NCBI GenBank assembly: GCA_019828565.1
Contig: JAHDYR010000012.1
Coordinates: 1,731,780 to 1,795,779, forward strand
Reading direction: 5' to 3'
DNA length: 64,000 nucleotides
Source: Carpediemonas membranifera BICM
Taxonomy: Eukaryota; Protista; Fornicata
Below the pieces are notes generated by a model that ran no database searches, had not been told where the DNA came from, and saw only the letters and a list, made by a program, of their open reading frames with translations. The position numbers were made by a program, and so were the translations under genes. Position 1 is the stretch's first letter; each line of letters opens with the position of its first letter. Positions 1-11,900 of this stretch are shown one piece after another.

Positions 1-3000
1 CGCGGGATCGAAGTGGGCCAGCTCGACGGCCTTCTTTGCAGTGTCGCGAAGTGCGGACAGTGCTGCCGAGGCGTCGGCCTTGGATACCGGCTCTCCACGC
101 TTGAGGCGCTCGAGCGGATCAGCTAGGCGGATGAAATCAGGGATGTGACGGCGGATGAAGCCGAATATTCCGACAATATGGGCAGCCTCCTTCGCAGTTT
201 GAGGCGTGCGGAGGGTGTCCAGGGAGGACAGGCGCTCCGGGTCGATGCGTACGCCGGTGCCAGATACAATCGCTCCCAGATAGCGGACCTCAAGAAGGCC
301 GATGTGCGACTTGCGTGCCGAGAGGCGGACACGGTGGAGTCGGAGTGCCGTGAAGAGCTCCTTGAGCGCTTCGAGGAGGCTCTCTGCTCTCCCTGCGTAG
401 CAGAGGAGGTCGTCGATGAACGCGAGGCACTTGAGGTTGTGACGCCGGCGGATGTCGTCCATACGGTGCTGGAACGCCATGGGACCGTTCATCAGTCCAA
501 ATGGGAGGCGATTAAACACGTAGCGGCGACCCTCGTGCTCGAAGCCCGTGAGACGAGACGCCTCCGGGGTCAGTGGCATTTGGTGGAAACCAGATGTGAG
601 ATCAAAAACGGCAAAGATCTCAGCGCCTCTGCACCGCTCGTACAGTTCTTCGGCCGTGGGCATGGTGTACACGAGGGGCTCCAGTGGCAGCGTTGAGCGG
701 CCGGTAGTCGACAACTGGGCGGAAAGGCGGGTCTGCCGCCGGCTTGCTCGTCATAAAGACGGGAGATAGCCAGTCCAGGTGGTCGTCGGTCGTCGAGATG
801 ATGTTGTTCTTTGTCATCTCCTTGATGAAGAAGTCCATGGCGTCCTTGTGCCCCTTCGACCTCATCGGGCGGACGATGGCGGACGGCTTGGCATCAGCAC
901 GCAGCTGGATGTCATACGGAGCGATATCTGCGCCGTCTTGGTGGATAGGGTGAAAGACGTCTGCGAAACTGCGGACCAGCTCGTCGAAGTCGTCGGCCAG
1001 GTCCCCCAGGTTCTCTCGATGGACTGTGGGGAGCTCCTGCGAGCCAGACGCGGTGTACATCTGGGCGAGCTCATGGAAGTCTGCCGGCTCAAAGAGCGCG
1101 GGCGTATCAACAGGTGTTGCCTTGTTGTGGCCAAAGTCGAGGCCCACCGCGCGAAGCGCTACGGTGCCATACAGGACTGCTACGGGCAGGTCGTTGACAA
1201 TATAGGCGGTCAGCTCGGTCGAGGCTCGGACCGGAATGTCGAAGTATGGCTCTGAGATGATGGGAGTGAGCTGTGCTGTGCCCACATACTCGCCGTGGAC
1301 ATCTCTCCAGCCGTTGACAGGGCCTGAGGCTGGTTTCACCTCGAGGGAGAGGTAGGCGGCAGCATCCGGGCGCATCAATATGGGGTACTGTTCAGCACCT
1401 GTGTCGAGTGACACGACCAGTGGTGGGCCGTTCCGCTGCGTGCGCATCACTGCGCGATATCGGTTCGTCGGAGTATCCGGTAGGCTGTCCAATAGGGGCT
1501 CGGTTGCGACTCCCGGCACGTATGACATGGGCTTATCAGCATCACGAGCCTCCCGGTTGCGTGCAATGCCAGGGAGGGCGAGATTGCGCCTCTCGGCCTC
1601 CTTCTTGACCTCGGGCATGACTGTCTTGCCTTGCTTATCGCACACTCGGTAGTGGTCGGTCAACTGCTTATTCTTCAGCTTGCTCGGATCAACGCGGAGC
1701 TGTTTGACAATGTTGCAGTCTTTCGTCGGGTGTGCGGTCAGGTGGAACGCGCACTTTCCGCCCGTCGTTCTCGGCGGGGGTGGTGCGAGTACGGGGCCCG
1801 AGCTGGGTTGTCGCTCTGGGGCCGTGTCGGACGATACTGGTCGCAGCAGCGGCTCGATACGGATCAAATCCGCTTGCAGCGAGCCGAGGGCCTCCCGTGC
1901 CTCATCTAGCATGGCGGTGACAGGCTCTGCCGCCGTGACGCGGTTGATAGAGCCCTCGCCCACCAGATATGCTGTGGTCGTGGCGTTTGGGGAGGCGAGG
2001 CCATGGAGAAAGGCTGTCTTGACCTCCGTGCTGACCTTGTTGTCGTGCTCTTTCCCGCTCTTGTCAGACCTGTCGGCAAAAACGAAGTTATAAGTGGAGC
2101 GGAATTTGGCGAGGTACTCCAACACGCTGCGGCTCGTTGCGAGCTTGTCGGAGGTGTAAATGGGGCTGGGAACGGCCCGGAGAATCTCCAGACTTTCGGC
2201 AATCGAAAAGTCCAAGAGGTCGCGTATCAGCCAGAAGAAATGCTCTGCCTGGGTGGCGAGAGCCTGGGCGCGATTCAAGACGGGTTCCTTGTTCTCCTTA
2301 ACCGACGGTGTCTCGGGGTTCGCCTCGAGGGCTTGCAGCTCTTTCACAAGCTTGATAGCCTCGCGGGCGGTTGTCTGCATATCAGCCTTCTCTTCTGAAG
2401 TGAGCTCGGTGCCGATACTCTTGAAGAGGACAATGGCGCGCTCGAGTGTCTCCAGCTCTTGGCGCTTCTTGCTGATGGCGTCCGGTGAGGGAGGCTTGGT
2501 GTTGGCGGTATCGCTCTTAACCGTGCGGTCCCTGGAATAGGGCACCAGCTCGGTAACCAAGTACTCAAACAGATCGTCGCAGGTCAACATCTTCACACCC
2601 TTGTCGTTGATATCCGTGTAAACTGTGCCGGGCTTGAAGTAGCCGCGAATAAAGTCTTCTACGGGACCAGGCGTTAGGAAATGTCGCAGGGGGTCCGGTC
2701 TCGTGGTTGTGTAGTCAGTATTAATATCTACCAATATCCCTGGGAGGGTCCAAACCTCTTTTTACTCGTAAACTCTTTCTCTTCCAAACCACAGTACTAG
2801 TACTTACCTATGGGTAGAGAACAGAAAAAACAAGCGCCGCTCCTGAAAGAGGCAACATTCAGCGCTTTCGTAGCTTTTACGACGTCACTGCGTGACTTTA
2901 AGGCTAGAGGAGGTAAGGCGAAGCTCCGCAAGCTTATAAGCCCGGAGATCCAGTCCTATGCATCACAAGTGCTAGGCTTAGAGACCCTAGAGGAGGTTCC

Positions 3001-6000
3001 GCTTCCTCAGGGTGATCAACATGACGACGAACCTTCCACTTCATCACGCAAGCTCAGAGAGAAGATCATCATGCAGCGACTCGCCGCTGCCTTGCGCCCA
3101 CCAGAAAGGAACAATGCCTGAACCTTATCAGGCTGCGCATCGCGGCGTTCACGCCGCTCGAGGTGTCGAAGCTCAACTCGCAGTTCAACACCTTGTTGGA
3201 GTGCCTTAACATGGACGAGGATGACACCATTCGTGAAGCCTACTTGCGGGCCTTTGCTGTGAAGGGCCAATCCCTCTACTACAGACTGAAGGAGCAGACT
3301 GAGGGTTGCTCACTGGCGGAGACCCAGCAATACACCATGAAGACGGCACGCGACGTAGCCGAGTCGGCTGAGTACCTTGCTCCGTTCACCGAGGCGATCC
3401 GCTCCGATCAGTCGCGCCGTCCGACAGCGCCCGTGCCAGGCGCCCATCCGCAACGCGGCCAGAGCCGTAACCAGCGCGACCGTCGTGACCGCCGAGATGA
3501 CCGCCGAGACCGCCCCTACGACCGTCGTGACCGCCCGCATGACCATCACCGCCCGGACAAGCGGTCCCGCGATCGGGCTCGCCCTACCAGCACGACCCCA
3601 ACCTGTTACAACTGCGGGGGCAAGGGCCATTTCAGCCCCGAGTGCCGGAAGCCCAAGTCCAAGTGTGAGAAGTGCGGGCGCGAGGGCCACAAGAGAGAGT
3701 TCTGTGACCGTATAAAGGTCCAGAACTATTCTTATTTGTCTTGTTTCGCGGCGTCTAGCAAACGCAGAGCGCAGGCTCTTCCGATTGTGTCAGGATCCAT
3801 ATACAGGACCAGCGCAGAGTCGATGTTGTTCGACTGTGGCGCGTCAGCAACCTTCATATCGCCGCAAGTGGCCGAGAGGTCCGGCGAAAAGATCCTGCAT
3901 TGTGACCCGGTCGAGGTGACGACACCGGCTGGTGTCATCACAGTCGACCAGACTATTTCCACCGAAGTAACCTTTGCCAAATCAGCTCTGGTCCCCCGTG
4001 GGTGCACCTTTACTACTCGTGCGTACCTCCTACCCTCAGAGTACGATCTAATCATTGGGTACCCTGATATGGTCACCCTGGGGATCCTTCCTCAGATTGA
4101 CGACTGCGAGGAGTCTGACGCCAATGACGCCGAGCAGGCTGAAGACGTCTCAACGGTCATTACTCCCCAGAAGTTGAGCCTATTCACCTTGTCTGACAAG
4201 TCGTCTTCCCTTCAGGACAGACTGCTCGCGCGGTTTGTCGGCCTGTTCGAGGACAGAGTAGGGCGTCCGAGTAAGCTCATCCCTTACGATCTAGTCTTGT
4301 CTGATGATGAACCCGTCTTTAGCCGCGAGTTCTTCATGCCGCCGGAGAAGAAGACACTTCTCCAGGAACACCTTGACGACCTGTCCCGACATGGCTTCAT
4401 CCAGCCATCAGCATCGGCTTACTCCTCACCGGCATTCTTGGTCCCAAAGGGGAAGGACCGTACCCGGTTCGTTATCGACTTCCGTTTGGTCAACGCGAAG
4501 ACTCCCCCGTTCAACTACCCTATCCCGATCATAGAGGATTGTCTAGCTAAGCTCAGGGGTAATACCATCTTTGCTACGCTCGACTGCAAGGCCGGCTACC
4601 ATCAGGTGGCACTGACGGACCGTTCTCGTCCTCTGACCGCCTTCGGGACTCCCCTTGGACGGTTTGAGTACACGACTATGCCCTTTGGTCTGCGTAACGC
4701 TGGTTCTCATTTCCAGTGGGCCATGGAGCAGGCTTTCTCCGACCTGATCTCGGCAGGGAAGTGCCTTATTTACATCGATGACATTATTGTCATGGGTCGG
4801 GACGAGCCTTCCTACATAAGGAACCTATGGGACGTCCTGAAACGTTGCCAAGAGTATGACCTACACCTAGGTCGCGATAAGTGCGTCTTCGCCGCGGCTG
4901 AGGTCGAGTTCCTGGGTCGACTCGTGTCCGGAGACACCGTGAGGATTGCCGAAGACCGCATCGACGACATTAAGAAGCTGAAACTACCGACCAGCAAGCG
5001 GTCCGCACAGGCACTCGTCGGTTTCCTCAATTATTTCCGTGACTTCGTGCCCAACTTCGCGTCCCGAGCTCATCCTCTGTTGCAGGTGTCGGCTGGCAAG
5101 GCCGAACCCGGTGGGCCGGGTCAGCAAGCGGCCCTGGGCGACGTTATCGCCGAGCTCCTTAAGCGGGTCTCCCTCGTTCACTTCAAGACGGACGCGACAC
5201 ATGTCCTCATGACCGATGCCTCAGACGTGGGATGCGGCGCCGTATTACTACAGGACGGGCAGCCGATCGCTTTCATGTCCCACGCATTCTCCGCGGTCCA
5301 GACTAGGTGGAGTACCACAGAGCAGGAAGCCTACGCAATCATCCTGGCCGTCCAGCGTTGGCGGAAATTCCTCTCGTGGACGCACTTTACCATCCGTACT
5401 GATCACCGCAACCTGCTGTTCATGGCCAAGTCCATCAACCCCAAGGTCCGTAGATGGTACGACCAACTAGCTGACCTCGATTTCACCATACGTCACGTTC
5501 CGGGTGTTGACAACGGGGCAGCAGATGGCCTTTCTCGCGTGTTCGCTAACACCCTCGATACCCAAGTCGCGGACAGGCTGCAGAAGGCGCATCACTTCGC
5601 CGGGGCTCACTTGTCCGCCTGGGCGACCAAGAACCTTCTTCGAGACTGGGGCGTACGTGTCCGCCAGAAGGACGTGGACGACTATATCGCCAAATGCCCA
5701 ATATGCCAGTTAAGGCGTAAGCCCCCGGCCTCTTCCGATGCGGGTTTGCACACCGCGGTCGAGCACCCCTTCGACCGAGTGGCCATGGACACTATGTCCG
5801 CTACCCCGTGCACGGTCGACGGCACGACCTATAAGTATATCCTCGTTGTAATAGACATGTGCTCACGTTGGACTGAGCTTGTCCCGCTCCAGACTACCCG
5901 AGCGGTCGAGACGTCCAGGGCGTTTGTCAATAACTGGGTCCTCCGATACGGCGTACCGAAGGTACTGCAGACGGATGGAGGATCCCAGTTCGTCAACGCA

Positions 6001-8832
6001 GTCTTTAACGACCTGAGTGCCCGACTCGGGTTTACAACGAGAAAGACGACGGCTCATCATCCCCAGTCGAATGGGTTAGTAGAGCGAGCGAATGTGTCGG
6101 TTAAGTCCATCCTGACAGCACGTCGTTACCAGTTTAGATCCAATGATTGGGTCCACAGCTTACCGATTGCCCAATACCTTGTTAACTCGACCCCTCGAGT
6201 CCCTACTCGACTCTCCCCAGCCGAGATCCTGTATGGCACCGAGATGCGAGTGCCAAAGGACATTACCGTTATCGCGCCGGGTGAGACGTATATCGTTGAC
6301 CAGCAAGAGGACTGGCTGTCCGAGGCCAAGGCGTACCGGCTCATGGCTGCCGAGCGCATTAAGAGCAAGCGGCTCCTACAGCAGTACAGGCCGGACGCCC
6401 GTGCCACGGTTTCGACTCCATACGTCCTGGTGGCTTACCCCGATCGACCACCCGACAAATTCGCCGCCGGCCTGCGTGGCCCAATGGCACTAGTGTCGGT
6501 GCACCAGGAGTACAACAAGGTTGTTGCCTATACTGTGCGTGACCTTGAATCTCTGAAGCAGTTCAGGGTCGACGCTTCCCGGGTCCTCCCGTTCGATCAC
6601 GGCGACATGTCCGTGGAGCAAGTTACTCGCTTGGCTAACACTGTTGCGGCCGAGTATATACCGAGCAAGATTGTGAAGTCCCGGCCCGACTCCGGTCCGG
6701 TCGAGAATCGCGAATACTTGGTTGAGTGGCTGGGCTATGAGCCGGACGAAGCTTCGTGGGAGCCATTCGAGAATGTCGATGGCTGTGACAAGTTTGAGGA
6801 CTTTCTTGAGCAGAGAGAACTACACCGTGCTGCGCACTCCAGGCAGTAAACGGATTCTCAATCAAGATTTATTGGTAGTCGTCATCGGACTCGTCGTCAG
6901 GGCCCTTGATCCAGTCCTCGAGCTCAAAGTCGATCAGATACTCGCGAGCCACGCTGACGGCAGCGAGGGTCTCGTCCAGACCAGTGCAGGTAGGGGCAGT
7001 GTAGCCCGCGTACTGAACGTGAAGAATGAGTCGGCGGTCGGATCCAGCCGTCAGGATCTCGTGACCCAGCACGTCAAGGACCTCGTACTCGCGCTCAGGG
7101 TCAGAGACCTGCATGGCCAGACCGAGCCGCTCCGGCAGGGACGGAAGCTCGTCCATGGCGCGGAGGTTAGCGACCAGGGCGGCCCAGTGAGTGGCGGTGA
7201 CTGAGACGTTCTCGCTACGCTCCCCGTGGAGGAACAAGCGGTAGTAGTCTGGGGCGAGGGCCAAGACGGCGACCCGGTACAGGGTGCGGCGGGCCAGGCT
7301 CTGGCCGCAGCCGAGAGCGCGGGAGAGCGAGAACAGGGTCTCCGGGGTGACGTACCTGTTTGAGCCGTTGCCCTTGAGATCGAAAACGCCGGCGTCAACG
7401 GCGTCGCGGACTATGCCGGAGTCGGTTTCGGCACGGCTGCGAGACGCCTCCCGCAGGAAGCGGAGCGCACGATGCTCTCGCTGGAGCTGGACCAGCAGGC
7501 CGGCTGACAGATCGAGCAAGCCGCCTGCGTCCTTGCTCCACAGCGTGCCGGTGGAGAGGTGATCGAAGATCCCCTCGAGGGGCACCTCAACGAAGTTAAC
7601 GTAGCCAGCCAAGCACCGTCGAACCACATCGGCGAGCTGGTCTGCCTGCTTCGTGAAGCACCCCTCCATCACACCCCCCACCGGCACACGGCAGAGCTCC
7701 CGAGCGGAAGTTGCCGGCACGGTGAAGATCCTAGGTAAGAAGAATAGAGGCGCACAAACCGCATCATGGGCATCTGGGAGGCATTCCCGCCGCTCTTGCG
7801 GATGGCCCTCTTCTGCAGGGCGCTCATCGTGCGGGCCTTATAGCGTTGCGTCCGAGCAATCGTCGCAAGGGCATTTTCGAGCACCTTGCGATAATCGTCA
7901 TCAGTTAACTCCATCGAAAGCTCACGAATTTGGTCGAGCGCACGCGTATCCGCCATGTTTGGCCGCTTTTCCTCAGGAAAAAGCGACATATCCTGCACTT
8001 TTCCCAAATGACGAATGGAAGTGCCCATAGTGATCCCCATGACGGACTATTCACAATATTTATATCTCAAACACAGTCCACGAGACTTCTACCGTCCGTG
8101 GAGCAGTGCTTATGATGTTGGTTAACTTTCGGTACAGCGCAGAACAAAAAGAGCCAGAACTCGCCAACGAAGCCGAATTGGGGCTCGAAAACCCCTTTTT
8201 CGGGCACTGTGTAAGAATGGGGCGGATCAGCCCAACGTACCAGAACTTTCTGTATGAGCGATGGCGAAATGCCTAAAAATGCTCGGGGCCAGAATTCCCG
8301 AGTCGAGCGCGAGCCCCAGAGTGCCCGCGAGGGGGCGGGGCTGTGGTACGTCCTTTTTATACTTATACAGGAGCTCCTGAACCCATATCTTAATTAGCAG
8401 CGCTGCATAGATCTTTTCCGAATCTTTTTGATATCATCCTCGAATCTTTCGGTCACACCTTACTACGCGTAATACCTCACCTGGAGGTTGCAATAAGACG
8501 TAATCCCAGAAGTTGGTTGTCGTTATCCCGTCGATAATTCCAATAGTGGTTCGGCATGAGCGAGCGTAATCCCAAGTTCGATTGGTGGCTCTAGCCCCAC
8601 GTAATACCAGATGTTGGTTGTGGTGATGGCCGCGCGACTGCTTGGCCATGGGGGGGAAGTGTAGTCAGTATTAATATCTACCAATATCCCTGGGAGGGTC
8701 CAAACCTCTTTTTACTCGTAAACTCTTTCTCTTCCAAACCACAGTTGTTTGGAAATAAGTTTTCATCTGATCGGTGAACGCCGCCCAAAGAACGAGATTT
8801 CGTTCGTGCGGGGCGTTAATATCGATAGTCAT
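1..8832 (-). CDS. A1 Gag-Pol (interrupted by B1; +1 frameshift near 680; continues past window start)
   Basis: ATG 8832 MTIDINAPHERNLVLWAAFTDQMKTYFQT joins in frame across the B1 insertion to TTRPDPLRHFLT (ORF 620..2734); removing one base near 682 restores ATEPLVYTMPTAEELYERCRGAEIFAVFDLTSGFHQ. Confidence 0.85.
2710..2793 (+). repeat. 5' LTR of B1 (84 bp)
   Basis: TGTAGTCAG...AACCACA, identical to 8660-8743. Confidence 0.97.
2810..6849 (+). CDS. B1 Gag-Pol: Gag, 2x CCHC, aspartic protease, RT, RNase H, integrase, chromodomain (one 1-bp frameshift near 3117)
   Basis: CYNCGGKGHFSPEC/CEKCGREGHKREFC, LFDCGA, YIDD, TDAS...EQE, HHCC and D-D-E integrase, GPY-like RGPM, C-terminal EYLVEWLGYEPDEASWEP; ORFs 2810..3121 and 3163..6849 join if one C is restored. 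Confidence 0.95.
6869..7956 (-). CDS. B1 antisense gene, 2 exons (7956-7760, 7730-6869), about 352 aa, C-terminal chromodomain-like module and acidic tail
   Basis: 29-nt intron 7731-7759 (GTTTGT...CTAG) joins ORFs 7669..8040 and 6869..7720 in frame (197+862=1059 nt); homologous to B2 antisense gene; EYEVLDVLGHEIL...LILHVQYAGY. Confidence 0.8.
8158..8180 (+). promoter_or_regulatory. Conserved non-coding motif AACTCGCCAACGAAGCCGAATTG upstream of B1 antisense gene
   Basis: Recurs at 53966-53980 (B2) and as reverse complement at 60318-60340 (B3), each about 190-200 bp from the antisense ATG. Confidence 0.6.
8660..8743 (+). repeat. 3' LTR of B1 (84 bp)
   Basis: Identical to 2710-2793, preceded by PPT. 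Confidence 0.97.
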
Positions 8833-8856
8833 TACTTTGTTTGCTGGAGAAGCTTC

Positions 8857-8912
8857 TGTAGTCTCAGTAGACTTCCGAGTGATCGGGGGTGTGCACTTTA
8901 ATGATCGCTACA
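8857..8912 (-). repeat. 5' LTR of A1 (56 bp)
   Basis: TGTAGTCTC...GATCGCTACA, positioned like the A2/A3 LTRs relative to gag; partner LTR lies outside window. Confidence 0.75.
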
Positions 8913-8916
8913 CACA

Positions 8917-8966
8917 TGTGGCACTGTGTGAACTAAAAGACAGGATGCAGTTTATGTCGTGCTACA
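8917..8966 (-). repeat. 3' LTR of A2 (50 bp)
   Basis: Identical to 13506-13555. Confidence 0.97.
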
Positions 8967-8990
8967 TTCCCCCCTAGAGCCGGCACATCA

Positions 8991-11900
8991 TTAGCGGCGG
9001 GGGCGCGGATGGTTGCGCGTGGTAGCTTCGAATCGCTTACAGGCGCGATCGAATTGAGGATGCTGGTCTCGATACTTAAGCAGGGCATCAAGTGTCATAC
9101 AGTCGGAGAAGGCGAGCTCTGAGTCTTCATCGTGCTCGAAGCCAAGCCAGTTCACCGTAACGATAGGCTCGTTGGTCTGAGAATCCAGTCTGTACTGGAC
9201 CACATGGTCGACAACCTTCCAGTTGCTGTCAGCGGTGAACGCTCTGGCCGCCTCGGCCATCGTCAGCGTCGGGCCCGTGTTGGGCAGCTTGGCCAAGCGG
9301 TCGGCGAAACGGATAATGGTCTTCCTGGTGACAGGATTGACGAGGACATAGGAATCGGGCTCCTCACCGTTGCCTTGAACGTAGTAAGGGCCTCTCATAG
9401 TGTACTGCAGTCTGGAGATGGGCTTGTCGCGCTTGACGAGCACCCAGCTCCCCAGAGGCAGGCTGGTGAAGCGAGCGGAGGGATAGTACTGGTCTTTCAC
9501 CCCCTTCTGACGGAGTTGGAACTCCTGGAGCTTACCGAGTACTTCCGCAGCGTTCTTCATGGTTTCATCGGTTATGGCAGTGCGAGTCGAAGGCTCGGCA
9601 TTCTTAACTTGGTGGTAGGCGAGTGCAGCAGCGAGTGCAGCTTCACGAGGCGTTGCACCGCCTAAAACTCTGGATGGCGTGGCGTTAATGTTGATTTCAG
9701 CCTGTATCATAGCTGAACGCCAGCCTGCGCGGGAGCAGTCAGGCAAAGAGGATAGTGAGATGCGGAGGTGCTTATTCACCTCTCTGTTCGTTCGCTCAAC
9801 GAGTGCATTACCCTCGTGGCGCTCGGGCGTCGTGTTATGGTGTATGATCCCGAATGTTGCGCAGAAATGGTCGAACTCCGCGTTGCAGAATTGTGTTCCA
9901 CTGTCGGTAACAATGGTATCTGGGCAGGCCCATCGTGCGATGATCTGCGAGCGAATTGCTCGGATGGTGGACCGCGCATCTAAAGTCTTGAGTGGGATCA
10001 GGTGAGTCAGATGAGTCGCGCTATCAATGCACGTCATGATGTACCGATAACCGTTGTCCGGTCGGTCGATCGGTCCCACTGTGTCGATGTATAAGGTGGC
10101 GAGTGGACGGGCAGGCGGGAGATGGCCCGGGTTGTAAGCCACGTTCGGCGTCGCTCGGTCTCGTTGGCAGGTCACACACCTCTTGATCATCTTGTCGACA
10201 TCGGTCCTGGCGCTTGCCCAGAGGAGACCTGCCTTCTCGAGGAGGGCGAGGGTGGTCTCGAGTCCGGCGTGGTGTCGATGGTGCACCATGAGGAAGCGCT
10301 CGCGCTTCTGCGTCAGTGAGACCCGATGTGGCGATGACGGACATTACGAACGGCAGGCGGCTCAGCCCGTCAGCGGCGGTGTTCATGTCGCCCGGTACGT
10401 GGACGATCTCGGTGACCGGGAACCGTGCGATCTCAAGAGCCCAGCGTATCACCTTGGGCGTATCCGAGCTAACCATCTGTACGAGGCAGCTGTTGTCGGT
10501 GTGCAGTATCGTCTCGGTCCCGATCAGTTGTGAGCGGAAGCGCTCAAGGGCAGAGTATACCGCAAACATCTCCTGTTCGACGATCTTCCAGACCTGTTGT
10601 TGCTTGTCGAAGCGCCTGGAGTAGAACGCGAGAGGGCGGTCGCCCTGCATAAGCACTGCGCCAATGCCGGTGGTTGAGGCGTCAGTATAGAGGTCCACGC
10701 GGCTGTTGGGGTCGAAGTGCGTCAGCTCGATCTGTCTGGCGACAGCTTGCTTGAGGCTGGTCATAGCCCACTCGAGCTGCTCCGGCTCGACGGTCTCACC
10801 GTTCTTCAGTGCTTCGAGCGGTGCGGCGAGGCGGATGAAATCTGGGATGTGCCTCCTCACAAAGCCGAAGATGCCGACAATGTGATGGGCCATCTTGGCA
10901 GTGCGAGGGGTGCTGAGCTTATGTATGCTCTCGACGCGGGCAGGGTCGATGCGGACACCGGTGCCGCTGACGAGGCAACCCAGATAGACGATCTCCTTCA
11001 GTCCGATGTGCGATTTCCGACCAGAGAGGCGTATGCGGTGCTGCTGGAGGACAGGGAATAGCTCGCGGAGGACATCGAGGAGCTGCTGGACAGAGCCAGC
11101 GAAGCACAGTATATCGTCTACAAACGCCAGGCATGGGAGCTTATACTGGCGGCGTAGGTCGTCAATGCGTTTCTGGAACGCCATGGGGCCGTTGGTGACA
11201 CCGAACGGAAGCCTGTTAAAGATATAACGGACGTCGTCGAACTCGAAGCCTGTCAGTTTGGCTGAGTCTGGGTCCATAACGAGCTGGTGAAAGCCAGCGG
11301 TGAGGTCGAATGAGGCAAAAACCTCGGCACCTCTGCATTGCTCGAACAGTTCATCTGCTGTGGGCATGGTGTAAATCTCAGGGCGCGTAGCGTCATTGAG
11401 GGCTCGGTAATCTAACACGGGCCGGAACGGGGGTGTAGCGGACGGCTTGTCCACCATAAATACGGGCGACAGCCAGTCGAGGGTGTCGGTCGTTGCCGAG
11501 ATGATGTTCTTGGCCAGCATGTCATCAATGAAGAGCCGCATGGCGTCCTTCTGCGCCTTATTTCTGATCGGGCGTAGAACCTGGGAGGGGAGGACGTCGG
11601 GCTTGAGGTGTATCTCAAAGGGTGGCAGATCGGAGCCTTGCTCGTCGAACGGGCCGAAGATGTCGGCGTACTCTACCACGAGCGCATGGAACTGCTCGGC
11701 GAGCGAGCCGAGGTTCTCATCGTATATAGTTGGGAGTGTCGGGGTTGACTCTCCGGGTGACCTGATGAAGAGGTTGAACAATGAGCGGAAGTCCGTAGGA
11801 TCTTTCGTCATGGATGGGGTCGACTCGGGCTTGGCCCGGTTGTTCTTGAGGAAGTCCATACCCACTGCGCGGAGGGCAACGGTGCCGTATAGCACAGCGA

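Larger units (their letters stand above)
2710..8743 (+). mobile_element. Full-length Ty3/Gypsy (chromovirus-like) LTR retrotransposon B1 with antisense accessory gene
   Basis: Identical 84-bp LTRs 2710-2793 and 8660-8743; 4-bp TSD GTTG (2706-2709 / 8744-8747); PPT GGGGGGGAAG 8650-8659. Confidence 0.97.
1..8912 (-). mobile_element. Ty3/Gypsy LTR retrotransposon A1 (3' part runs off window start; interrupted by element B1 at 2710-8743)
   Basis: 5' LTR candidate 8857-8912 (TGT...ACA) preceded on + by the same GAAGCTTC palindrome as A2; gag/PR/RT clearly homologous to A2 (CAFH knuckle, LDTGAEQYPILMRP, PPFRPVVDYR, RT motif FIDD). Confidence 0.9.

Noticed and set aside
2801-2809. TACTTACCT after the B1 palindrome matches the U1 snRNA 5' end
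   Set aside because: Same sense as U1 rather than complementary, only 9 nt, and not shared by other elements
3110-3165. Programmed ribosomal frameshift between gag ORFs (also 36900-36945, 20217)
   Set aside because: Positions differ between homologous elements, two fall inside Gag and one inside the protease, and A3 is a single ORF; simple indels explain them
8857-8966. Short direct repeats suggesting a CRISPR-like or recombination-site array
   Set aside because: They resolve into paired LTRs with TSDs and PPTs; no regular spacers and the DNA is eukaryotic
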